Below are positions 25,476 through 37,422 of a stretch of 64,000 nt of DNA, piece after piece (the stretch's first letter is position 1; the number at the start of each line of letters is the position of its first letter). The stretch spans positions 75,206,001-75,270,000 of the forward strand of contig CM060733.1 in assembly GCA_030704615.1 (NCBI GenBank), given 5' to 3'. The position numbers were made by a program, and so were the translations under genes. The DNA comes from Takakia lepidozioides. Lineage: Eukaryota; Plantae; Bryophyta. The notes beneath the pieces are model-generated. The model had not been told where the DNA came from. It saw only the letters and a list, made by a program, of their open reading frames with translations, and did not search any database.

Positions 25476-26246
25476 ATGAGAAAGAGGTATCAGTTCATCC
25501 ACCGCTGGCGTGATGAACACGTTACACGATGATTGGTGGGTACGTGGGACCCAGATGCTCCATTATTGGAGCCCGCACTGCTCTTCCACTTCTCATCATT
25601 TCAAAAATCTAAGGGCTTCGTTGCTATCCGCAAGGTCATTGTCATCGGCATCAAAGACGTCCTCAGGTCCTCCTTTGCAAGGATGTCATGCTTCCGGAAC
25701 TGGGATGACTGCCCTTATGGAGGCTTCGATTATGCAATGTATTCGGCCACATCGGGAGACATCGTTATCTGGTACACATATTACACAGAAGATACTGGTT
25801 CGAATGTGGAAACATTGTCCGCTTTTGAGTATATCCCAGGCCACTACGCCTTCGAGCGGGGTGATGATCTTGGTCTGAGGAGTCCGTGGCTCCTGCGCAT
25901 CCTTGATTCCGATTTTCCCAGCTACGACGGGCACCCATGCAAAAGAATGCGCACTGTTATGCTGTTGCGGTGGAACTGCTGCTAGTGGACGTGGGTGGAC
26001 TCCATCAGAGAGACGTATACTCCTAAAGGAGTGCGCTCCTCTTCTCCATTGTATGGGGACATTTGCATTGGTGTGGACGACGAAAACGTGAAGCTTTCCA
26101 TATTCGATGGTGGTATGATTGAAGGGCACGACATTGTGGTGAACATCAACAGGGGCGGTACAACTGCTACAATCCAGTTTACCTGGAGGAGCCCGATGAC
26201 TCATGAGCTAGTTCTCAGAGCAGTCGAAGTCCCATTGACAACGTGA
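25476..26246 (+). CDS. Unknown cargo protein Y (about 255 codons, disrupted), paralog of X
   Basis: ORFs 25533-25985 and 25995-26246 are separated by one stop. Conserved in copy C (about 59900-60644). Confidence 0.55.
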
Positions 26247-27643
26247 CTTGTATTCAGAAGGCACAGGGCTAAGGATTTGTTTGCACAATCAGCACAATAG
26301 ACGTGCTTCAAATGCAATTCAAGTGGATCAATAAAAACCCCATTGTGCCCTCTTTTTGTTCTTTTATGTATCCATCGTTCCCAGAATGCATCATTCCTCA
26401 TTTCGTTTGGGATTGGGAGTGTGGGTGGATTTTGTAAGTGGCTGGTAGGCTGAAATGGGCCCCCATTGTACAAAGCAGTACCACCCTACCATTTGCAAAA
26501 CATTGCCTTTCAATATGTAATTCTAAAAAACATTTGTCGAACCTCCTTCAGCGGGAGGTCCTTCTCCCCCTATGACCGTGACACCCTAAACCCTATTCCC
26601 GCGGACACTCATTTCCAGAAAATAGTCATGCTCATGTTTTTTTCGACGCTTACGACTCTGCTCATGGCTCATGCCGCTCATGGCTCATGGCTCATGAAAT
26701 AGCAGCCCCCCTCCCATGCCAGTGCGAGGCGAGTGCGTTGTCGGCGGATGCCACGGCAAGCCGAGGAGAACATGCCCATGCTCATGTCGCAGGACAAAAA
26801 CGCCCATCATTTACACTACAAACACCTTCTCCGTCTGTGAGTTATAGTTCTTCACAATGACCATGATTCAAATTATGTATGTTTTTGGTAAAATCACGAA
26901 GAGATAGGGTATGGTAAGATCATGAAGAGATAGGGTATGTCTGTCAAGATAGGGAAGTTGGACAATGCAGGGGTCAGCCAAGGCACAATCACAAATGATT
27001 TCCACTAGACAAGTTGAAGTGCCAAAGGCATGATGTCAGGCCAATGTAGACTTCAGGTGTGTTCAAATTCTTTGCCCCATGAAACCAACGTCCTGGTACT
27101 AAGCTACAATGGCTACTTATAGAGATACTTGGGTTACTTATGCACCGGGAATATCAGTAAAACTTGGAGGGATACTTCTCATGGACCCATCAGGTTTGTC
27201 CCTTTGAATTCTTGCTATGGATTTCAGGAACACCCCATACCTAAGAGGGTTCAAAAATGTACTGGGAGGACATCATTGGGGCCAATCAAATTTGGGAGAT
27301 TTACTACCCAAGATCATACTGAGTTTTGGGTAATCTTGTCTTTACAAATGATATGTGCTTCCAGTTTGTTATCTTGAATTCAAGGATTTGCTGCTTGCTG
27401 CCTATATGTATGTGTAATCACCCACATTGTCCTGGGGGAATTTCTTTTCAGGGCAAGCACAAGCGCACTGGATCCACGATCCCTGCTGCTAGCAATGGAG
27501 ATGGCGCCCACAAGAACGCAGGAGGTGGCCCTAACTCTCCCATCGTTTTGGGTTCTGTGCCACCAGTACCCCCACCTTATTATGGTATGCCTGAGTACCC
27601 ACAGTCTGGCACTCAGTATGGTCGGGGTCAATATGGTGTAGTG

Positions 27644-28166
27644 TGAAAAGAAGGGGCATGAATCCCCTTCTGTGTGATTCTAATTGTACTCCTCTCCAGT
27701 TGAAGCAAATCAAAAGGAAGGAATGTTCTAGTGATCCAACCATCGTCACACGGCTGTGGGTTTCCCTCAGGTCGTTCGTGATCAGAGTTCATGCAATCCT
27801 CATCCACGCCGCAGCGGAAGAGAAGACATGGATGGGGAGTCTGGATTGTTCTTGCTCTTGGTTCTACTTTTATACAACAGCCTTGCCCTACATGTACAGC
27901 ACCAGCAGTGCTGCCATGATGTCTTTAGTGATGCAACCAGCCCTATGTCAGTGCTAAACACGACCCTTGTGGGCAGCTCCCTTGAGCAGCAATACAGCGA
28001 AGCCCCTTTTTGTAATGAGATCACGGATTAGAGGGAGGCAGCTTAGATCTGCCATGAACTACAGGCCTACTGGTTTTCTTCAGGGTTCATGTTTTTTTTT
28101 TCATCTTATCTCCCCAATTGGCCATCCCTCATCAACCCCTTTTACTGGGCAGCTCTCTCCCTTCCC

Positions 28167-28211
<45 letters not shown>

Positions 28212-28231
28212 CTTTCTCTCTCTCTCTTTCT
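27644..28231 (-). repeat. 3' LTR, portion shared with the 5' LTR (the true LTR probably extends further right)
   Basis: About 97% match by eye to 36080-36661. Begins TGAAAAG on the + strand. Confidence 0.85.
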
Positions 28232-29903
28232 TGGTGGTACAGATTCCTCACTTTTTCAACAGCAGCATATCTACAATGCAATGCAATGCACATTCAGCCA
28301 GGTATCCAGTGCACCCAGCCTTGGAATCAACCTTGGTCACACAAGAGATGATCAGCCCCTTCATCAGTCTCTCTCATGCCAATGACTGAGCCTTCACACT
28401 ACCTTTTTCCCAAAGGGACCCATTTGCCCAAACAGTTCACAACCCTTCTACAGGTCTCAAACTAAACACCCTAACAGCTCTCTTTTTCCCATCAACTGTG
28501 AACCTCAGTTGTTCATATGTTGAGACCACTCTGAAAATCAGTTCCAAACCCCAAATCAGTGTTAGTTTTGCTTCCCCATCCACATCATCCCTTCTCTATT
28601 TCCAAACAGTTCTAGCTAACCCTCACTGGTGCCCTCAATCAGCTAAGCTAGGTCTACATTGGCTCCAATGTATCAACACCCAGGGCTGCATTGTGTGCAG
28701 GCTCATGATACTAAAACAAAGAACAAAAACAAGACAAACAGCAACCATTCTGACTTTGCGATGCTATCTCTGTCCCCACTCATTTCTCCTACTGACAATG
28801 TAACATCAGGTGCATCCATCTCCACCCTATCCTGGTTTGAAGTCCAGTGTCTCCATTCCATTTCTCAAAGCTTTTTCCCTTCTCACATATCTCTCTCTCT
28901 TTCTCTATACAAAGAGTCAGTCCCAAACTTTCACAAAACGATTTCTAAGTGCCAAAAAAAAAGAAGCCAGCAATCTACGAACTTATCTGTCTTATACTCC
29001 AGTGAAGCGGTGGTCTGCCTGCCAAGATGGCACCTCACCATCTCGTCAGCAGCCACCTTAACGCCTCTTCTCGTCTTGATTCCAGTATTCATCATGCCAT
29101 GACGGCTCTGCTTCACCCTATGGCAACATCCCTGAGGCTTGCCAACTAAATACCCTATCCTTCTATATGTGCAATTCTTCCCTAAGAATTGATATGGTCC
29201 TATAGCAAGAAGACAGAAAGCAGCTCTAAGTTTTAATTACAGATAACCTGAGTTGCCATCTACACAAGCCAGCACTTCACATGCCTTGGCAGCTGTTGAG
29301 CCGCTCCATCCCCTCCATTGATTGTGCCCACAACTCCACTTCCTTGTTCTCAGACAGCTGGTCGTTTTCCTTGCTCATTTATCATTCTAACTGTGTTCTT
29401 CAAGGCAATGGCGGCAGCGTGGTGCACGCTCTCCTTATCATCCTTCAGAAATTGATCACTACCATGAAGAAAGCGGCACCGCTTCCCTTTGCACAGAATA
29501 CCAAGCAGAAGCCCTTAACGCCGCTTTTAAAGCACAGAGTCCCCTAGCGTAGGTGCAACCTCCTAAGACAGACTGCCCTGCCAACACCACTGCTCGCAAC
29601 AGCTGCTAAGAGTTGCCCGTCATTTTCCTCCTCGTCTTCCTCAACCCGCGTTTCTAGGTTAAACATCTGCGATGAAAACATTCATCCTAAGGATGAAAAT
29701 ACGCATGGTCATGACTTAGCCACTTTTTATCCTGGCAGAGCATTAGCATAGTGTGCCCATGATATTACCTGTATGCAGGGATAAATCCCCCCCGTAGTTG
29801 GTACTCGGGCACTCCCTTTGTAGCAATGTAGAATCTTAACGGTAAAACAAAAATTGATGTTACTCCCCTGCATTCACACTACATATGTAGTGTGTCTCTC
29901 TTT

Positions 29904-32900
29904 TTAAGTGTCAGGGTCCTCACTGACCACCTTCACCGGCTGACCACCTACTGGTGGTATGAAGGGTTTCAAATCCCGCCTACTTCTTACCCATTCCTTG
30001 TTTGCCCCATCTCTCAGCCTGCATCTGCGTGCAACTTCCCCTGTCTTTGTTGTGTTTCTTGCATCCTTGTACCCCAAAAAGTCATAGGGTCCCTCCCATG
30101 GAGATGTCATGGACGACCTCTTTCCAGGCCTTAACATCATTACCTTGCTGTTCTCCATCAACTTGCAGTAGCTATGCCCTGCTTGATGCCTCCTTGCATA
30201 ATCCCTTGCCTGCTGACGCTGCCTTTTCTTCACACTTTTCCGCAGCTTAGCCTTCATCTCTGTGAGGAGCTGGATTTTCTGCTGCATCATAAGTGTGACT
30301 TCTGCAACAGATCCATCAAAATTTACTGCTGCTGTAAGAAAGTGCAACTTGTTGTCGGTCCCCAGCCTTGGAATCCTACCAGTCGGCACTTGAAAAGGTG
30401 AGAATCCAGTTGAAGCATGAACACCCATTCTGTAACCAAACAAGGCTTTGTAGAGATTCTGATCCCACTCAGTGTCGTTTCCAACTCCCAAGGTGGTGAT
30501 GCTCTGTTTGAGGGACTTAATCACCCTTTCCACCATACCGTTACACTGAGGCCAGTAGGGAGCGCTATGCTCCCTTTTTATACCATATTCGCGGCATGCA
30601 TCTTCAAACTCACCTCCCCACTCCGTGCCATTGTCAGTGAGCAATGTGTGTGGGCAGCTATACCTGTCAATCACTTCTTCCACTAGAAAGCGGGCAACAA
30701 GTGCTGTTGTATGATCTGCCACTGGTGCAGCTTCCATCCATTTTGAGAAGTGATCTATTGCCACCAGAAAGTACTGATTGCCCCTGCTGGTTATAGGTAA
30801 TGGCCCTGCCGTGTCAATTGCAACTCTGAAAAACAGATCCACTACTGGAATGCTGTGAAGTTTTGAGCTACCTGAGTGCAACACTCCGTTCTTTTGTCAT
30901 CTGACATTCGCCACAGCTTTTGAGTACTTGCCTGATGAGTTTTGTTCTGTCATGCCAGAAATACCGTCGACATATCTCATCTTGTGTTCTCCGGACTCCA
31001 AAATGGCCAGTGGCCTTATGCACTTCATTGATTATTGCCTCTCTGTCCGTTCTTGGTGGAACTACCCTTCCCTCAAAGTAGACTTCCCCTTTGAGATAGG
31101 AGTACTGCCTTGCCCGCCTGCTGGCTCTCTTGCTTTCTTCCTTTGTCAAATAGTCATTGACTTCTCCAAAACATAAGAGATGCATAACTTCCACATCATC
31201 AAGTACATCAGGTTGCCTTTCCTCCTTAACAGCTGCTGTATGATTGTCAGAGCTGATGAGAGACTCTTCCCCCCATCTTTCAGCTGCACGTAATAGTGAC
31301 ATCTGAGTAGCTTTGGTGGGTGTGCTCCATGGCACCCAGTCCCCTTCAACATCCTTGTTGCAAGAAGAAGTTTCTTGCCCTGAACAACGTGATCCATCAC
31401 TGTCTGAAGAATAAAATGTCTTGGTGGAACACTCACCCCCCATGTGTCCTTCAGCTGGGCATTCTGACGAGGAGGTCACCCGAATTCTTCCTGTTGTCTC
31501 TGTGCTTGTAGAGTGTTGAAGGAATGGTGTTTCTTGTAAGCTTCCCTTTTCATTGTTTGATCGTTCTTCCACAAGTTTACAGGCTGGCTGTACCTTGCTT
31601 AGCTCCTGATCACGAGCATGAGATCCTCGGGTAATCACATGGATGGTGGGACAAGAGGACATCAGATCTGCCCCTTCTTTGTTGCTGATTGCAGGAACCT
31701 CCTTCCTTCCTGCACCCACATCTTTTACCAGATTGACAGGGGTTGATTGATCAATGCCCTTTCCTTGGGTCTTGGTAGCAAAAGTCCGTGCAGCAAAAGT
31801 CACCTTCTTTCCTTCCCTATCTGGCATTACACCTGGTTTTAGTTCTCCTTTCAATATACCATGAGCCTTGGTCAACATCCCACCTGTGGAAGATCTATCT
31901 ATTCCAGGAACGAACTCAAATGAAAAGTCACCAAGCAAGTCTATGCCTATGTGGTGTTCTGAGTACAGCCACCAATATGGATCCAGATCTGTTTCTAAAG
32001 AAAAATGACTTCCCAACAGTGTCTTCTTGAAATGCCAAAGACCCCATACACATGCATAGTACTCCTCTCTCTTGCAAATCATTTCCCCCTTTTCACTGCT
32101 ATACCCTACTTGCCTATGAGCTTCTTCTCTCAACTCCTTCTTACCCTCTTTAAATTGAAATAGAGAAGCATTGATGGCACCCCTATCCCACTCTAGTTTA
32201 AGAAGATAGGCTCCATCCCTCTTTCTCCCTTCCCTTTTTGACTGTATAGAGAAGTAGAGTATACCTCGATTTCCTCGGTTCCTCAGCTGGTCCCACTGGA
32301 TACCTGCTTAGCGCATCTACGTTAGCATGCCTAGCACCCGCCCTATGAACAATTTTAAACTCAAAATCTTGTAACATCATGATCCATCTACCCCTGCGTC
32401 CATATGCGTCACTTACCGTTGCCAACCACTCCAGTGGTTTGTGATCAGTCCTGATTACAAAAGGGGTTCCATACAGGTACTGCCTAAAGTGTAATACTCC
32501 CCACACCAAGGCATAGCATTCACCTCCATAGGGTGATATTTTCGCTGAGCATCAGATAGTACCTTACTAGCGTATGCAATGACCCTCTCCTTTTTATACT
32601 CCTTTTGTGACAATACTGCCCCCACTCCTTTGATGGACCAGTCAAATCCAGGACGAAAGGCCTTGAGAAATCTGGCCTGGCCAGAATGGGAGCAGTCACC
32701 AGCTTCACCTGTAGGCAGAAAAGGCGTTTTGTGCCTCTGCACTCCAGATAAACTTCACATCCTTCTTGGTTAGAGTGAACAAAGGCACTGCCACTCCAGC
32801 ATACCCCTTGACATAGGGCCTATAGTAATACCCTGTCATCCCCAAATAACTTTTGAGAGCAGTGTGGTTTTTGGCAAGGGAACCTTTCAATTGCAGCTAT

Positions 32901-35628
32901 CTTACCTGGATCAGGCCAGGTTTCCTTCTTCAGAGATCACATGCCCAAGGAACACCAACTGTAAGTTGGCAAAATAACACTTGTCCGGATTGAGCCTAAG
33001 ATTGGCCCTTCTAACCTTCATCAGTACTCTCTTTATGTGCCCCACGTGATCTGCCCAGTCCTTGCTATGGATATGACGTCATCTACAAGACCTTGGCGCA
33101 ATCTTTAATTTCTTTCCTTAAGCACCCTATTCATTGTTCTTTGGAAAGTAGCAGTGGCATTTTTAGCCCAAATGGCATGACCAGCCATTCATACAATCCC
33201 TTCTTTGTGATTACTGCTGTTTTGCTTATATCTCGGTCGTCCATCTTAATCTGCCAAAAACCAGATTGTAAATCCAGAGCAGAGAACCACTTGGCTTTCC
33301 CAACTGGTTCAAAACATCCTGAATTAATGGCATAGGGTAAGAGTCCCTCCTAGTCAAGCGGTTCACCGGCCTGAAATCACCACAAAAACACTTGGATCCA
33401 TCCTTTTTGGGTGGAAGGGTGACTGGACATGACCACTCTGAACTACTTTCCCTCATCTTACCTTGTGAGATTAAAGTCTCAATCTGTCTTTGTACCTCGT
33501 TTTCCTCCCACTCTGATATGCGGCTGGGACGACTTCTGCAAGGGGGAAAACCTTGTGTATCAATTGTATGTTCCACCTCACTGCAATAACCCAAGTCAGC
33601 TTTGCTAAGAGCAAAACATTCCTGATTTTCTCTCAGCTCTTGCTCCAGTTCTATCCTATGTTCTGGGGCTAGCTCTGGATTGATGTGAAGTCTGGATTTC
33701 AGACTTCTCAACGACTCTCCATTTCTTCTTCATGGTGGGTTCCAACTCTTTCCCTCCACCTGGTGTACAGAGTTAGCTACCCTCTGCCTTTCTTCCTGAG
33801 TCACAACCTGATTCCAATCATGGAAATCATCTTCTATTTCCATGTTGTTGTTCCCTAGTTCACCATTCCAAGCTTTCTGGTAAGCTTCCTGTATGATAGA
33901 GGCAGCCATGCTACGATGGGTCTCTTCCTGAAGGAGTTCAGACATCCCTTGGTCTTCGAACAAATCCTCCCCTAGGTTGACATTATCTATTATCTCCTCA
34001 ACATTCTTCAGGGCTGCATCTACCTTTTCACTCTCCTCAGATCCTCCCATCTCCTCATCTTTATCAGATTCAGAGCTGTCAGAGTCTGGAGATCCTTCCT
34101 CCGTGTCCACAAACTCTTCCTCGGGCTTTCTTTCTTCTTCCCACAAACCTAGGTACTCAAGAGCACCTGAGGCTACTCTGTAATTTACATCCTTATCAGT
34201 AACAACAGATCCCATCATACCAAGATCCCTGACTGTACTCGCGGATATTACAGAAAGCATGGCACCGGTGTCAATTTGGCCTAACACTTGGTAATCTCCC
34301 ATTGTAATCATTACATGAAGCGCTTTAACCTTACTAGTATAAGCATACGAGATCGTGGGCTCAGCGTGTGCTGAGTACAAAGGCCTTGGAACATCCCTCA
34401 CAATTTCTACACTGTGAGTTGTCTCCTTTTGTTGTACCATTGCCCTTTCCACCACTTTGACCAGCCCCTTTAATTTGTCTAACTCTCCAGGCACAGTCAT
34501 GATTAGGTCCATGGGAGACAAGGATATTCTCCCTTTGTAGAAGTGGTTCAGGATTCAGGATTTAGTACCTCCTTCTATGGCAGCCTTGAAATTGTTCTTT
34601 GGGTAGATCTCACTCTTGGTCTTGCTTGGCTGTACCATTCCTCTCTGTGACTCTGGACAGGGATGCGCGTCTTGGTTGGACTTTCATTGATACTGTTTTG
34701 TGACATCAGATCTGTCATTTCTGCGAGTACATCATCCTCATCATCATAGAACACATCTACAAAGTTAGTTCCAGGAGTTCCCATCATAGTCTGGTCGAGT
34801 TTTCTACTGCACTCACTCTTTGTATGCCCTAGTACCTTGCAAAAGTTGCATCTCACACCACACATTTCCGTGGAATGCCCAAACCGGTGACATTTGTCAC
34901 ACTTAGCTTGGGTTCTTCCTTCAGGACAATATGTAGCTATGTGACCTTCTTTATGACAAACGTTACAAAGGCAAACACGAGGTGGTGTTCTAGATCCCGA
35001 GCTTTCTCCTATGACTGGTCCCCTATCAAAGTACTTCTGTAGGGTAGTGTTTAGCTGATCAAGTCTTCTGTCCATAGGGTTGACAAACACAACTGACTCA
35101 TCTGTATCATCTCCCTTCCAATGGCTCTAGAGGTATTTTCCCCCAACTTTCCAGGCCCCTCTCAATCTCAATGGCTGTCTCAAGTGCTTCCTCTACATCA
35201 GAGAAGCGCCTACCCAACATTACTCTTGCTATTTCAGGTCTCAACCCTGCTGCAAATCTACGCCTCTGTTCCAAATCAGACGCCCCACTTCTTATAAACA
35301 ACCGGTTCAACCTATCAAAGTATGTCTAAACCCTTTGTCTACTTTCCTGTTTGATGGTATCCATCCTCAGCCTGATTTCTGCCAAGTCAATGACACCAAA
35401 CTTGGCTGATATGGCTGCCCTAAAATCTTCCCAGTTGTCTGGTCTAGGGTTTTGTTTACGGTACCATTCATCAGCCTTGGCTCTCAGGTTGAGCCTTGCT
35501 ACCTTGAAGGTTTTATCCTCATTTAAATCTCTGACATCTGCCTCCATCTGAATCCTTTCCAGCCAGTCATTCACATCTTCACTATTCCTACCATGATAAG
35601 GCACATCTATGCTAGTTGGACTGGTCAT
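29904..35628 (-). pseudogene. Gypsy gag-pol, frameshifted
   Basis: Gag (35628-35107), three CCHC knuckles (35090-34575), protease IDTGA, RT (CGDFRPVN, YPMP), RNase H (IRTDHKPLEWL, HANVDALSR), integrase HHCC and core (IDTAGP, LTDNGTEW, NGMVER). Confidence 0.9.
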
Positions 35629-36068
35629 TCTTCTACACTCTAGTCTGAGTTAAAACTGGTTTAACACCTAATTCTGATTCTAATTTTCCTACAACACCCT
35701 TAATGTTGACCTCTATACCACTCCCACTGTCCATTTCGTAACATCTCTACTCTACCTCCCCATGTCACCTCTCGTGCCATGGTGTTTGTCTTCTCCCACC
35801 TTCCTAACTCTCTTATCCAAAGTACAATGGTTGTTCTACCTCCAGCATGTATCACTCTAAGACATAAATCACCATCAGCTATTCTCCAAGCAGGGTTGAA
35901 GAAGTACAAACAAGGGTCTGCGTAGGCATTTCGTGAGCGTCGGCTTAAGCAAATCAGCACATCTCCAATGCTTGGTTCATCAGGAATCAGTGTGTGGTCT
36001 CTGCCTGCCATCAAACCATCCAATACCAATCAAGATCCCTAGCTAGTAGATATTCAAGATTTAACGAA

Positions 36069-36080
36069 GCTCTGATACCA
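36069..36080 (-). promoter_or_regulatory. Primer-binding site, tRNA-iMet
   Basis: Reverse complement TGGTATCAGAGC directly adjacent to the 5' LTR. Confidence 0.9.
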
Positions 36081-36661
36081 AAAGAACGCGCATGAATCCC
36101 TTTCTGTGTGATTCTAATTGTACTCCTCTCCAGTTGAAGCAAATCAAAAGGAAGGAATGTTCTAGTGATCCAACCATCGTCACACGGCTGTGGGTTTCCC
36201 TCAGGTCGTTTGTGATCAGAGTTCATGCAATCCTCATCCACGCCGCAGCGGAAGAGAAGACATGGATGGGGAGTCTGGATTGTTCTTGCTCTTGGTTCTA
36301 CTTTTATACAACAGCCTTGCCCTACATGTACACCACCAGCAGTGCTGCCATGATGTCTTTAGTGATGCAACCAGCCCTATGTCAGTGCTAAACACGACCC
36401 TTGTGGGCAGCTCCCTTGAGCAGCAACACGTCGAAGCCCCTTTTTGTAATGAGATCACGGATTAGAGGGAGGCAGCTCAGATTTGCCATGAACTACAGGG
36501 CTACTGGTTTTCTTCAGGGTTCATGTTTTTTTTTCATCTTATCTCCCCAATTGGCCATCCCTCATCAACCCCTTTTACTAGGCAGCTCTCTCCCTTCCCA
36601 AACATTTTTTTTTTTTTCTCTCTCTCTCTCTCTCTCTTTTTCTTTCTCTCTCTCTCTTTCT
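36081..36661 (-). repeat. 5' LTR, truncated
   Basis: Matches 27646-28231 and stops exactly at the left TIR of element B. Confidence 0.85.
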
Positions 36662-37422
36662 GAGGTTTGCTATTTCATGAGCATGAGCGGCATGAGCGGA
36701 GTAGTAAGACAATCGGTTTTCATGAGCAGAAGTACAAATTTCGAAAATAAAAAACAATAAAAAACAATATTTTAATGCAATATGTCAGGAAAAACAAATA
36801 TATTATTCGGCCCCTTGAAGGGAAAATTGCAGTTTTGACAGTTGTGCTCATGATATTTCGTCTTCCGCTCATGCCAATTCCCAGCGACAAGTGCAAATAT
36901 GGCGCCGAATTTCGCGATAATAGGGTCCATAACCTGAAAAAACGGCGACGTATTTCGCGGTAATAGGTCTCTCTGGCGAAAAATGGTGCCGAATTCCGTG
37001 GCTATAGGTCCCCTCATGACAGGTAATTCGGCGCCATTTTTCCAGACACTGTACGAGTGCATGTTGGACTTAGCCAGTTTTCGGCCCAAAAAGAGAAATT
37101 CGGCGCCATTTTTCCAGACACGGTACCAGTGCATGTTGGGACTTAGCCAGTTTTCGGCCCCAAAAAGAGAAATTCGGCGCCATTTTTCCAGAAATGGCCC
37201 CCACAACTGCTTCTGTTGGATCTCAGTTTGAATGGAATATTGCCTCATTCCAGGAGTTTTGGGGTGCATTTCATTACACAAAAAAAAAAGTCTGATACAG
37301 CAAAATGCAATTGAAAATATCCATATGGAGGATTCCCTTTGCCCCATCAATGATTTCTGGAATCCCTAAGGAGGAGTTTGTGCAGCTCGTTCACGCTCAA
37401 CGCCGGTGCATGAATAAAGTCA

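Larger units (their letters stand above)
15798..26710 (+). mobile_element. Mutator-like element copy A (10.9 kb), internally rearranged
   Basis: TIRs GAGGTTTACTATTTCATGAGC and GCTCATGAAATAGCAGCCCCC with CATGAGC tandem subterminal repeats. TSD CTCCCATG at 15790-15797 and 26711-26718 (9 bp if one C is reassigned). Confidence 0.92.
27644..36661 (-). mobile_element. Ty3/Gypsy LTR retrotransposon, 5' LTR truncated by element B
   Basis: Direct repeats 27646-28231 and 36080-36661, PBS, and gag-PR-RT-RH-INT domain order. Confidence 0.92.
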
